A stretch of DNA of 64,000 bases, taken from positions 992-64,991 of the forward strand of contig DATILF010000333.1 of NCBI GenBank assembly GCA_035476755.1, in the 5' to 3' direction. Shown here one piece after another: positions 26,427-35,998 of the stretch; position 1 is the first letter of the stretch; every line of letters starts with the position of its first letter. A program made the position numbers and the translations under genes. The notes under the pieces were generated by a model. That model was given only the letters and a program-made list of their open reading frames with translations. It was not told the DNA's origin and did no database searches. This DNA comes from Ramlibacter sp. (GTDB lineage Bacteria > Pseudomonadota > Gammaproteobacteria > Burkholderiales > Burkholderiaceae_C).

Positions 26427-28172
26427 TCAAGGCGCGGAATGCACCAACCTTCCCTGGAAGAAGGTTCGCTGCACCTGCGTGAGATGGATCTGCTCGACCG
26501 GCACCTTGAACACATCGCGATCCAACACGATGAAGTCCGCAGACTTGCCCGGTTCGATGGAGCCGGTTTCGCGCGCCAAGCCCATGGCCTGCGCGCTGTT
26601 GATGGTATAGATGCGCACGGCCGTTGCTAGGTCGACCGCCTGATCCGGCCCAAGCACGCCGGGAATCTCGCCGAGCGGATTCTTTCGCGTCACCATGCCT
26701 TCGATTCCTATCCACGGATTGGCTGTCGGCTGGCCAGCCGGCCAGTCCGAGCCGCCGGCCACCAGGGCCCCGGCCGTCACCAGCGACTTGATGGGAAAGA
26801 TGCGCTTGGCACGAATTTCGCCGATGGCCATCGCCGTCGCGATGTTCAGGCCCGTCGGAAACCACAGCATGGGTGACAGGTCCGCTGTGACATTGAGCTT
26901 CCTGAAACGCGGCAGATCACTGTCGGCGATGAAGCTGGCATGGGCGATCTGGTGGCGTGGTCCTTTCGGTCCGTTGCGCTTGCGGACGGCTTCGACTGCG
27001 TCCAGCGCCTGATGCAACGAGGCGTCGCCGGTGGCGTGCATCTTGGCTGCCACACCCTGCTTGTCCAGCACGGCCAGCATCTCTACCAGTTGAGCGAAGG
27101 TGTAGGTTGTCCTGCCGCGGAAGTCCGATCCATGCTCATGATCCGGCAGGTAGGGCTCGATGAAGCTTGACGTGCGCGCGGGCGGCACACCATCGAGAAA
27201 CAGTTTGGCAAAGTCCGGCCTGACGTTCGCCGTTCGATAGCTGCCGCGCGCGCCGACCAGGGCCATGCCATTTCGGTCCCCCGTCTGCTCCGGCTCCAGC
27301 ATCGACACAGACGCGACAACGCGCAGCGAAAGCGCCTTGCTGCGATCCGCCTGCGACCAGAGGCGCAGGCTTTGCTCTGAGCTGGCGGCGTCTTGCACGC
27401 CGGTGATGCCATAGCCGTTCAGCGTGCGGCTGGCCGCCTCGACTGTCTGACGCATTTGATCGGCGGTGCGTGGCGGGATCAACTTCTGGACTTCGGCGAA
27501 GGCCGGAAACTCCTTGAGCAGGCCCACGGGCTGTCCCGTCACCGCGTCCTTGACGTAGCTCCCATTGGGTGGATCCGCGCTCTGCGCGCTGATGTTCGCG
27601 CGTTGCAACACGTCGCTACTGACCCAGCGATTGTGGTAAGTCTCGTCGCGCAGCACTGTGGGATGGCCCGCGCTCGCCTTGTCCAATGCCTCCAGCGACG
27701 TGCTCGACGCGATCTGTCCGAGCAGGCGGCTGCTCCAACCCCCGCCGACAATCCACCCTCCGGGGGCGGCACGCTTTGCGCACGCTGCCACGCGTTCGAG
27801 CACCTTCTCGAGGTCGTCGGATTGCGCCATGTTGCAAGCGAACAAGTCTTCGTACGCGCCGCTCAAGGGGTGTGCGTGCACGTCGTTGATGCCGGGCATG
27901 GCCATTGCCCCTTTCAGGTCGATCACCTGGGTCTTGGGTCCGATGTGGCGCGCCATGTCGGAGTCGGAACCGACGGCAATGTATCGGCCATTGCGCACCG
28001 CGAACGCTTGAGCCCAAGGCTTGGCCCCCTGCACCGTGTAGATGGCGCCGCTGCGCACCACCAATTCGGCAGGGGTAGCGGCCTGGGCGCGCACCAGCGC
28101 CGTGGGCATGGCCAGGCCCAACGCGAGCGCCACGTGCAGCGTCAAACGCTGCGTTGTTCGATCCGATTTCAT
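26427..28172 (-). CDS. Amidohydrolase_3 (YtcJ/NfdA-like), with signal peptide; paralog of 17850-19514
   Basis: Hydrophobic leader LHVALALGLAMPTALVRAQA; DVHAH, KLFLDG, MHATGD, QIAHAS, GSDWP; RBS AAGGA. Confidence 0.9.
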   Translation of the reverse strand: MKSDRTTQRLTLHVALALGLAMPTALVRAQAATPAELVVRSGAIYTVQGAKPWAQAFAVRNGRYIAVGSDSDMARHIGPKTQVIDLKGAMAMPGINDVHAHPLSGAYEDLFACNMAQSDDLEKVLERVAACAKRAAPGGWIVGGGWSSRLLGQIASSTSLEALDKASAGHPTVLRDETYHNRWVSSDVLQRANISAQSADPPNGSYVKDAVTGQPVGLLKEFPAFAEVQKLIPPRTADQMRQTVEAASRTLNGYGITGVQDAASSEQSLRLWSQADRSKALSLRVVASVSMLEPEQTGDRNGMALVGARGSYRTANVRPDFAKLFLDGVPPARTSSFIEPYLPDHEHGSDFRGRTTYTFAQLVEMLAVLDKQGVAAKMHATGDASLHQALDAVEAVRKRNGPKGPRHQIAHASFIADSDLPRFRKLNVTADLSPMLWFPTGLNIATAMAIGEIRAKRIFPIKSLVTAGALVAGGSDWPAGQPTANPWIGIEGMVTRKNPLGEIPGVLGPDQAVDLATAVRIYTINSAQAMGLARETGSIEPGKSADFIVLDRDVFKVPVEQIHLTQVQRTFFQGRLVHSAP

Positions 28173-28217
28173 GACATTTCCTTGTAAAACCATTTCCATT
28201 GCTCCGCACTTTCGAAT

Positions 28218-28976
28218 TCAGATTCCACGCGCCGCGGCAGGCATTCGGGCGCCGCCATCGGCCACCAGCGCCGCGCCTGTGATGAAAGAGCTTTCGTCGC
28301 AGGCAAGGAACAGGCACACGGCGGCCATCTCCTCGGGCCGCGCCATGCGGGCCAGTGCAATGCGGGCGACTGTGCGCTCCCTGGCCTGCGCCTCGGTGAT
28401 GCCCAGCTCGCGCGCTATGTCCTGCATCTCCTTGGCGGCCATCGGCGTGTCGACCCACCCCGGGCACAGCGCATTGACGCGCACGCCCTGCGCGCCGTAG
28501 GCCTGCGCCGCCGATCGTGTGAGGGCGACCACACCCGCCTTGCTGGCCCCGTAGCTCGCCGAGCCGGCGCCTGCGTTGAAGGCCGCCACCGAGGCAATGT
28601 TGACTACCGATCCGGTGCCGCGCGAAAGCATGTGCGGCAACACTGCCCGCATCGTGCGCATCGTGCCGGCGAGGTTGATCTCGTGCTGGCGCGACCAGAC
28701 CGAATCTTCGATGTCGGCTGCATCGTCGTTGACGATCACGCCTGCGGCATTGACCAGCACGTCGATGCGGCCATGCCGTTCGAGCGCAGCCGCCACGGCG
28801 GCGCGCACCTGGGCCTCGTCGGTCACGTCGCAGGTCAGGGCGCCCGGGAATGGCGGCAGCGGCATACCGCACGCCAGCACTGTGGCGGCCTCCTGCGCGA
28901 AGCGCCAGACCACCGCGGCGCCGATGCCGCTGCTCGCGCCGCACACCAACGCCACCTTGCCCTTCAATGCTGCCAC
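28218..28976 (-). CDS. Short-chain dehydrogenase/reductase
   Basis: GASSGIG, VNAAG, YGASK, RVNALCPG, ITGAALVADGG; GTG start inferred. Confidence 0.88.
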   Translation of the reverse strand: MAALKGKVALVCGASSGIGAAVVWRFAQEAATVLACGMPLPPFPGALTCDVTDEAQVRAAVAAALERHGRIDVLVNAAGVIVNDDAADIEDSVWSRQHEINLAGTMRTMRAVLPHMLSRGTGSVVNIASVAAFNAGAGSASYGASKAGVVALTRSAAQAYGAQGVRVNALCPGWVDTPMAAKEMQDIARELGITEAQARERTVARIALARMARPEEMAAVCLFLACDESSFITGAALVADGGARMPAAARGI

Positions 28977-30463
28977 TGCCCTGCCCTCTCGGTAGGCTTG
29001 CTCGCCTGCGGCTCGATGCGCCGAAACTCGGCCTCGAGCACCTGCTCGACCTCGGCCGGGGTGAACAGCGGCCGGCGCTGGACGAAGGCAGTCCATAGCA
29101 GCGCATACAACGCCGTCAGTCCCAGCATCACACCGAAGGGCACATAGATGTCGCGCGGGTTCATGTTCGGCGGCGTGATGTACCAGATGGCAATCAGGAT
29201 GCCGATCGAGGACACGATCTGCGGCAACGGAAAGAACGGCGAGCGGTAGGCCCGCGGCAGTTCGGGGCGCCGGATACGCAGCAGCACCACCGACACGTTG
29301 ACCATCAGGTAGGCCGTTCCCCATGCACACACCGCCGCGAGCACCAACGGCAGGATGCGATCGAGGTTACCGTTGATCCAGATCACGTGCGCGATCGGGA
29401 TGATGGCCGAGACCACGATGCCGACAACCGGGCTGCGGTACTTGGGATGGAGGTAGGCGAACGCCTTTGGCAACGCGCCGTCCACCGCCATGCCGTACAG
29501 GATGCGCGGCAATGCAGCCATCAAGGTATTGATCGTCGCGGCGCCGGCCAGGAGGAAGGCAATCCCGAGCCAGATGCGTCCGAAAGGTCCGAGCACCTGC
29601 TCGGCGAAGGCGGGGATCGCCTCGGGTGTCTCCAGCAGATGCACGAGCCCCTTGGGATCCACCGGCGTGTTGGGCACCTGGCGTTGCATCGCGGCGCCCC
29701 ACATCAGCATGCACAGCGACACCAGGCACAAACCCATGAACATCGACCGCGGGATCGAGCGTTGGGCATTGCGCAGGTCCGGCGCCAGCGGCGTGACGAA
29801 CTCGACGCCCAGGAACATGAACATTGCCAGGCCCACCAGCGACAACACCGCGAACAGGTCGGTGCCCACCGCCGATGCGCCGAACCAGCCCTCCAGGTTG
29901 ACCTGCGCCGCCATCGACAGCCCCAGCACGCCAAAAACCATCAGCGTGACCCACATACAGAAGGTCAGGACCACTTCCACCCGCCCGAATGCGGCGATGC
30001 CGAAATAGTTGAGCCCCGCGAACAGCACAACCATGCCCACGCCCACGGTCCAGGTGGCATCGTGCGCCACGAGCACGCCATGCAGGCCCGGGAAGTTGAC
30101 TGTGGCCATCACACCGGAGAGGATGGTCTCGGCGGTGCCAGCGAACACATGCACCAGCATGTAGGCCGAGATGGTTCCGGTGATGGCGAAGAAGCGCCCG
30201 CAGCCACAAGCGATGTAGTCGTAGACGGAGCCGGCCGTGGGCAGCATGGTCGCCGCCTCGGCAAAGGTCGAGGCCTGCGCCAGCATCAGCACGAAGGCGA
30301 TGAGCATCGCGGCGACGAAAGCCCAGCCGCCGATCGAAAAACCGGTGGTGGCCGTCAGGATGGCGGGGCTGGCCATCACAACGCCGACAGAGGTGGCCAG
30401 CGCGGTCGGGAATCCGACAACGCCGCGTACGAGGTGCGCATGGGTGCGTTCTGCAGGGGTCAT
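28964..30463 (-). CDS. APC-family amine/amino acid permease
   Basis: Polytopic membrane protein; FAEAATMLPTAGSVY, PRILYGMA, LHPKYRSP, LRIRRPELPRAYRSP; resembles Pseudomonas HinA/PA0220-type permeases as recalled (unverified). Confidence 0.88.
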   Translation of the reverse strand: MTPAERTHAHLVRGVVGFPTALATSVGVVMASPAILTATTGFSIGGWAFVAAMLIAFVLMLAQASTFAEAATMLPTAGSVYDYIACGCGRFFAITGTISAYMLVHVFAGTAETILSGVMATVNFPGLHGVLVAHDATWTVGVGMVVLFAGLNYFGIAAFGRVEVVLTFCMWVTLMVFGVLGLSMAAQVNLEGWFGASAVGTDLFAVLSLVGLAMFMFLGVEFVTPLAPDLRNAQRSIPRSMFMGLCLVSLCMLMWGAAMQRQVPNTPVDPKGLVHLLETPEAIPAFAEQVLGPFGRIWLGIAFLLAGAATINTLMAALPRILYGMAVDGALPKAFAYLHPKYRSPVVGIVVSAIIPIAHVIWINGNLDRILPLVLAAVCAWGTAYLMVNVSVVLLRIRRPELPRAYRSPFFPLPQIVSSIGILIAIWYITPPNMNPRDIYVPFGVMLGLTALYALLWTAFVQRRPLFTPAEVEQVLEAEFRRIEPQASKPTERAGQWQH

Positions 30464-31260
30464 GGGGTGCTTTCGGATTCGTTGAAGAAAGGGCTCTCCG
30501 GCAGGGTCGAGCCGCCATCGACCACCAGGGTCTGGCCGGTGACGTAGCGCGCAGCGCCGCTGGCCAGGAAGCACATCGCGCAAGCGATGTCCTCGGGCCG
30601 GCCCAGTTCGCCGGCCGGGATGTGTCGCGCGATGCGGGCGGCACGTTCCGGGTTGGAGAGCAGCGATCCGCCCTGCTTGGCGATGTAGCCCGGCTCGACG
30701 CCGTTGACCGTGATGCGGTCGGCGGCCAGTTCCAGCGCCGCGCTGCGGATGAAGCCGTTGACACCGGCCTTGCTGGCGGCGTAGTGCGCGCTGCCCGGCA
30801 TGGCCACGCGCGGTCCGGTGACGGAAGAAGTCACCAGCATGCGCCCGCCACCGCGCGCGCGCCAGTGCGGCAGCGCGGCCTGGACCAGCCAGAAGCAGGC
30901 CTTCAGGTTGACCGCCAGCGTCGTGTCCAGGTCGGCATCGCTCATCGCTTCGATGCGCGCCCAGGGGTTGACGGCTGCGTTGTGCACCACGATGTCGAGC
31001 TCGCCGAAAGCACGCACCGTCTCGGCGACCGCCCGCGTGGCTTCGTCGTGCCGGCCGATGTCGCAGCCGATGGCCCGCGCGCTGCCGCCTGAAGAACGAA
31101 TCGTCTCGGCGATGCCCTCGCCCGCCGCTTCCGTGCGGTTGGCGATCAGGACCCGCGCGCCGGCTTGGGCGAAAAGCGTGGCGATGGCCGCGCCGATGCC
31201 CCGGCCGCCGCCGGTGACGAGGGCGACCTTGCCGTCGAGCCCGAACACGGCGGGCGTCAC
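30460..31260 (-). CDS. Short-chain dehydrogenase/reductase (FabG-like)
   Basis: TGGGRGIG, HNAA, SSVTG, YAASK, TGQTLVVDGG. Confidence 0.9.
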   Translation of the reverse strand: MTPAVFGLDGKVALVTGGGRGIGAAIATLFAQAGARVLIANRTEAAGEGIAETIRSSGGSARAIGCDIGRHDEATRAVAETVRAFGELDIVVHNAAVNPWARIEAMSDADLDTTLAVNLKACFWLVQAALPHWRARGGGRMLVTSSVTGPRVAMPGSAHYAASKAGVNGFIRSAALELAADRITVNGVEPGYIAKQGGSLLSNPERAARIARHIPAGELGRPEDIACAMCFLASGAARYVTGQTLVVDGGSTLPESPFFNESESTP

Positions 31261-32639
31261 TTGACCAGCTCCTCGATCAGTTCATCGAACATCGCGTTGT
31301 GCCTGTCCACGTCGTCGGCCGTGGTGCCGGGGCAGCACAGCATCATGTTGTGGAACGGCGTGATCAGCACTCCGCGGTTCATCAGGAACAGGTGAAGCAG
31401 CGCCTCCATGCCGGCATCGCGGTGCTGCCGGACTTCGGTGGCGTTGCGCGGCTCGTCGGGCGCGAACAGCGTCTCTACCCGTGCCCCCACCCGCGTCGCG
31501 TGCCAGGGCAGGCCGCAGCGCGCAATGCTGTCGTTGACGCCGCGCTGCAGCCGCTCGGCCAGCGCCAGCATGCGCTCGAAGGCGTCTTCGGTCAGCACGT
31601 CGGACAGCACCGCGCGCATCACGGCCACGGTCAGCGCGTTGCCGGCCAGCGTGCCGCCGAAGCCGGCGTGCGCACTCTGGCGCACCGTTGGCGGCACGGG
31701 AGGCAGCGCCTGCCAGACGCGCTCGGCCGTGGCCTGGCTCAGGCCAAAGGCCGCCGCGGGAATGCCGCCGGCGATCGCCTTGCCCAGGACGAACATGTCG
31801 GGCGCCAGGCCATGCAGCCGCGTGTAGCCGCCGGCGCCGCTGGAGATAGTGTGCGTCTCGTCGATGACGAGCAGTGTTCCCGTTTCGCGCGTCAGCCGCC
31901 GCAGCGCCTCGTGAAAGCCCGGCTGCGGCGCGATCATCCCGTAGTTGGTCATCGCCGGCTCGGCCAGCACGCAGGCCACGTCGCCCTGGCGGAGCGCGGC
32001 TTCGAGCGCCGGAACGTCGTTGAATTCGACCACGCGCGAAAGCTCGTCGTGAGGAAAGAAGTTGTGGTGGATGTTGTTGCGCATCTGGACCGCGCCCTCG
32101 CGCAGTTCCACATGGGCTTCTTCCACACTGCCGTGGTAGGCGCCGGAAAAGACCAGCACCCGCGGCCGCTCGGTGACCATGCGCGCCAGCCGGATGCAAG
32201 CGCGGTTGGCGTCGCTCGCCGACGTGGTGAGCGTCCAGTACGGCACGCCGAAACGCCGGGTGAGTTCCTGGCCCACCCATTCCGCGTCGCCCGTGGGCAG
32301 CATCAATGAGGTGCCGATGCGCGCCTGGTGCGCCATCGCGGCAACCACTGCCGGGTGGCCGTGCCCGCACATGCCGCCGGTGTCGCCCAGGCAGAAGTCG
32401 ACGTAGTCGTTGCCGTCCACGTCGCCGAAGCGGACGCCGTAGGGGCGCGCCTCGTCGCGGATGTAGATCGGCCAGCCGCCGATCCAGCGCCGCATCCAGT
32501 GCGAGGGGGCGCCGTACAGCCAGCTGGATTTGCCTTGGGCGTAGGCCTCGCCGGAACGGGTATGGGTGGCCGCGTAGCGGGCCTGCTCCGCTGCCATCAG
32601 TTCGGCCACGCGGGTGGGATTGGGAAAGGGAACGGTCAT
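31257..32639 (-). CDS. Class III aminotransferase (glutamate-1-semialdehyde aminomutase-like subgroup)
   Basis: DVDGNDYVDFCLGD, GAYHG, IDETHT, LGKAIAGG (PLP Lys), GGTLAGN. Confidence 0.88.
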   Translation of the reverse strand: MTVPFPNPTRVAELMAAEQARYAATHTRSGEAYAQGKSSWLYGAPSHWMRRWIGGWPIYIRDEARPYGVRFGDVDGNDYVDFCLGDTGGMCGHGHPAVVAAMAHQARIGTSLMLPTGDAEWVGQELTRRFGVPYWTLTTSASDANRACIRLARMVTERPRVLVFSGAYHGSVEEAHVELREGAVQMRNNIHHNFFPHDELSRVVEFNDVPALEAALRQGDVACVLAEPAMTNYGMIAPQPGFHEALRRLTRETGTLLVIDETHTISSGAGGYTRLHGLAPDMFVLGKAIAGGIPAAAFGLSQATAERVWQALPPVPPTVRQSAHAGFGGTLAGNALTVAVMRAVLSDVLTEDAFERMLALAERLQRGVNDSIARCGLPWHATRVGARVETLFAPDEPRNATEVRQHRDAGMEALLHLFLMNRGVLITPFHNMMLCCPGTTADDVDRHNAMFDELIEELVK

Positions 32640-32680
32640 GGTCTCGGGTTGTGAAATGGGGACTAGGAACCGGGTGCCCA

Positions 32681-33334
32681 TCAGCACCCAAGCAGGGTCA
32701 GCGCTTGCCGGTACGACTGCGCCGGCTGCGTGACGTCGAAATGAACCACCCGCATGCCGGCACGCCGGCCACCTTCGACGTTGCGGAACTGGTCGTCCAC
32801 GAACACACAGGCGTCTGCGGGCAGGCCCAGCTGCTGCGTGCACTGCGCGTAGGCGCGCGCGTCGGGCTTGAGGATCTGTGTGTAGGTGGCGTCGATGACC
32901 ACATCGAACAGCTGCAGCAGCGGCAGCCGCTCGCGAAAGCCGGCGCCATAGAACAGGTCCAGTTCGTTGGACAGGACGGCGAGCCGGCAGCCGGCGGCCT
33001 TGGCCGTGTGAATCGCCGCCACCGCCTCGGGCCGGAGCACGGCCTGCACGTCCGCACCACGCGCGCGCTGCACGAACGTCTCCATCCGGTCCCAGTCCTC
33101 GCCCAGCAGGCGGCCCACCTCGCGGGTGCGTGCCATCCAGTAGTCACGCTCGCTGATCTTGTCGGCCTGCATGTCGCGCCACAGCGCGTCGCCACCCGGA
33201 TCGAACGGGCCGCGCCAGTCCAGCGTGCCGGAGGCCAGCCCGAGGGCCTGTTCCGTCAGGTCGTGCGTCTCGAACGGCGTGCGGCTGATGACCCCGCCGA
33301 AGTCGAGCACCAGGGCTTGAGGGAAGTCATTCAT
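32681..33334 (-). CDS. HAD-IA family hydrolase
   Basis: LDFGGVI, LSNE, KPD, FVDD motifs. Confidence 0.88.
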   Translation of the reverse strand: MNDFPQALVLDFGGVISRTPFETHDLTEQALGLASGTLDWRGPFDPGGDALWRDMQADKISERDYWMARTREVGRLLGEDWDRMETFVQRARGADVQAVLRPEAVAAIHTAKAAGCRLAVLSNELDLFYGAGFRERLPLLQLFDVVIDATYTQILKPDARAYAQCTQQLGLPADACVFVDDQFRNVEGGRRAGMRVVHFDVTQPAQSYRQALTLLGC

Positions 33335-34583
33335 GCGATTGCACCGCACCAGGCAAGACGATGCCGTCACGCACCCAGGTGTCGAAGATGTCGAGCGCCG
33401 CCTGGGCGAAGGCGGCATCGTTAATGTGCGCGTCCAGCTCGACCAGCTGTGTGTTCGGTCGCACGGCCAGGCGCAGCTCGTCGACCAGCGCGGCCAGGCC
33501 CTCGGGATCGTGCAGGGGCTCGCCCGGGCGGTCCCAGCCCTCGATGCCTTGCTTGGGAACGAGCAGCGCGACCGGTGCGGTGGCCTCGCCCAGGCGCTCG
33601 CAGATGGCGCGCGCCGCTTCACGGCGCATCGCGGAATCGATGCAGACGGAAGCCAGCAAGCGATTGTGCGCATGTTCCGGGCGGCCGGTGAAGCGCGCCG
33701 GGCGCGGACCCCAGGCCGGGTAGTCCAGCATGTCGGTCGCGCCAGGCGCCACCAGCTGCGGCACTCCGGCGCGGCCCGCGCCGCGCAAGCGGTCCGGCCC
33801 GGCCGTCACGCACGAGCCGCCCAGGTGATTCACCAGTTCCTGCTGGCAAAAGTCCATCACCGCCACGAAGCGGCCCTGGCTCGCCAGTTCCTCGAAGGCG
33901 CGGCCGCCCATGCCGGTGGAGTGAAACACGGCTAACTCGTAGCCGCGCCGCTCGAGCTCGGGCCTGAGGGTCTTCATGTAGCTCAGCGCGCTGGATCCGA
34001 GCGAGGTCATGCCAACCATGGGACGCTCGAAAGCCGGCGCCACGGCACAGCGGCATGCGCCCATCACGGCGCCGGCGGCCTGCGCCAGCGCGGAGCGGCA
34101 GAGGCTGTTCAGGCCATACAGGCCGCCCGCCCACAGCACCATGATCAGGTCGGGCGGAATGCGCTCGGGCGGCAGCATGTGGGAGTGAGCGACGGTGGAC
34201 ACCAGGACCTTGGGAAACCCGAGCGGCAGGGCATTGGCCACGTCCAGCGCCAGGTCGGTGCCCATGGTGCCGCCCAGCGCCAGCAGCCCATCGATGCGGC
34301 CCTGCGCATGCAACCGCGCGGCCAGCGCGGTCGCGCCCTGGGCCATCAGCACCATGGCGCTGTTTTCGTCGCCCGAGTCGGCGACCTGCTGCAAGCTCAA
34401 GCCGGCGGCTTGCGCCACTTCGTCGTTGGTCACGTCGGGCGTGACGCCGCCGCGCCCGAGCACGCCCACGTCCATCACCATCACGCGGCCGCCCGCGCTT
34501 TCGACACGCTCGCGCATGAACGCGATCTCGTCGCTCTTGGTGTCGGCGGTGCCGATCAACAGGATTGTCGGTGTCGTGTTCAT
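33327..34583 (-). CDS. Tm-1-like ATP-binding domain protein (UPF0261)
   Basis: IGTADTKSDE, GGTMGT, LPLGFPKVLVST, VFHSTGMGGRAFE, APGATDM, HINDAAFA. Confidence 0.85.
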   Translation of the reverse strand: MNTTPTILLIGTADTKSDEIAFMRERVESAGGRVMVMDVGVLGRGGVTPDVTNDEVAQAAGLSLQQVADSGDENSAMVLMAQGATALAARLHAQGRIDGLLALGGTMGTDLALDVANALPLGFPKVLVSTVAHSHMLPPERIPPDLIMVLWAGGLYGLNSLCRSALAQAAGAVMGACRCAVAPAFERPMVGMTSLGSSALSYMKTLRPELERRGYELAVFHSTGMGGRAFEELASQGRFVAVMDFCQQELVNHLGGSCVTAGPDRLRGAGRAGVPQLVAPGATDMLDYPAWGPRPARFTGRPEHAHNRLLASVCIDSAMRREAARAICERLGEATAPVALLVPKQGIEGWDRPGEPLHDPEGLAALVDELRLAVRPNTQLVELDAHINDAAFAQAALDIFDTWVRDGIVLPGAVQSHE

Positions 34584-34584
34584 C

Positions 34585-35952
34585 TCAAAGTGCCTTGTCC
34601 ACGGCGGCGTAGGACGCTTCGAGGATGTCCACCAGATGGTCAACCTCCTCGCGCGTGATCACCAGAGGCGGCGACAGGATCATGTTGGGACCGGAGATAC
34701 GCACCATCGCGCCGCGCTGGTAGGCCTCGCGCGCGACACGTGCCGGGATGTCGCTGCTGCGCGGCTGTGGAGTGCGTTTGGCCTTGTCGGTCACCATTTC
34801 GATGCCGGTCATCAGGCCCACACCGCGCACATTGCCGACGAAGCTGAACTTGCGCTCGAACTGCGCCATGCGCTCCTGGAAATGCGCGCCCACGCGCGCC
34901 ACGTTGCCGACCACGTCCTTCTCTTCGAGTTCGTCCAGCGTGGCCAGCGCGGCCGCCGCCGCCACCGGGTGCCCGCTGTAGGTGTAGCCATGGGCCACGG
35001 TGCCCAGGCCCGCGGTGTCGGCCAGGAAGGCGTCGGCCACCTTCTTGCTGAGCGCAGTGGCGCCCAGCGGCACGTAGCCCGAGGAGATGCCCTTGGCCAG
35101 GCACCAGATGTCCGCCGTCGTGCCCCACAGGCGGGTGCCGAACATGGCGCCGCTGCGGCCGAAGCCGGTGACGACTTCGTCCGCGATCAACAGCACCTTG
35201 TGGCGTTCGCACACCTCGCGCACCAGCGGCCAGAAGTTCGGCGGCGGCACGATCACCCCCGCCGAGCCCTGGACGGGTTCGGCAATGAACGCGGCCACGG
35301 TGTCCGCGCCCTGGAACTGGATCTCGCGTTCCAGCAGGCCGGCGCAGATGCGGCCCAGCTCTTCGGGATCCTGTGTGTAGGCATTGCGGTACAACCAGGG
35401 GGAGTCGACATGGAAGCAGCCGGGCATCAGCGGCTCGTAGGCGCGCCGGATGTTGGCCAGGCCGTTGACGCTCATGCCGCCGAAGTGCACGCCGTGGTAG
35501 CCCTGCTTCAAGCTGATGAACTTGGTACGCTCGGGCTGGCCCAGCACCTTCCAGTACTGGCGCGCGATCTTCAGCGCGCCCTCCACGGCGTCGGAGCCGC
35601 TGTTGCCGAACATCACCGCACCCACGCCGTCGGGTTGCATCATCTTCACCACGCGCGCCGACAGCTCGATGGCGCGCGGGTGCGTGGTGCCGCGGAAGGT
35701 GTTGTAGAACGGCAGTTCGTCGAGTTGCGCGACGATGGCGTCACGCACGCGCTTGTTGCTGTGGCCGAGGTTGCTGCTCCACAGGCCGGCGACGCCGTCG
35801 ATCATCTTGTGGCCGTCGATGTCCCAGATCCAGCAGCCCTCGCCCCGGGCGATGATGTCGGGCTTGGTCTTCTGCATGGCCTGCGGGTGGGCCATGGGAT
35901 GGAACAGGTACTGGGCGTTGTCTTGCTTGAGTTGGTCGATGCCGGTTTTCAT
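34585..35952 (-). CDS. Class III omega-amine aminotransferase
   Basis: DGVAGLW, GYHG, AEPVQGSAG, ADEVVTGFGRSG, AKGISSG (PLP Lys), HGYTYSGHP; RBS AAGGA. Confidence 0.92.
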   Translation of the reverse strand: MKTGIDQLKQDNAQYLFHPMAHPQAMQKTKPDIIARGEGCWIWDIDGHKMIDGVAGLWSSNLGHSNKRVRDAIVAQLDELPFYNTFRGTTHPRAIELSARVVKMMQPDGVGAVMFGNSGSDAVEGALKIARQYWKVLGQPERTKFISLKQGYHGVHFGGMSVNGLANIRRAYEPLMPGCFHVDSPWLYRNAYTQDPEELGRICAGLLEREIQFQGADTVAAFIAEPVQGSAGVIVPPPNFWPLVREVCERHKVLLIADEVVTGFGRSGAMFGTRLWGTTADIWCLAKGISSGYVPLGATALSKKVADAFLADTAGLGTVAHGYTYSGHPVAAAAALATLDELEEKDVVGNVARVGAHFQERMAQFERKFSFVGNVRGVGLMTGIEMVTDKAKRTPQPRSSDIPARVAREAYQRGAMVRISGPNMILSPPLVITREEVDHLVDILEASYAAVDKAL

Positions 35953-35998
35953 GGAAACTTCCTTTGAACTTCTGTTGCGATGCCGGTCGCGGTGGTCC

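Noticed and set aside
31257-32639. hemL assignment
   Set aside because: Only subgroup-level similarity, and the amine-catabolic context argues against tetrapyrrole synthesis
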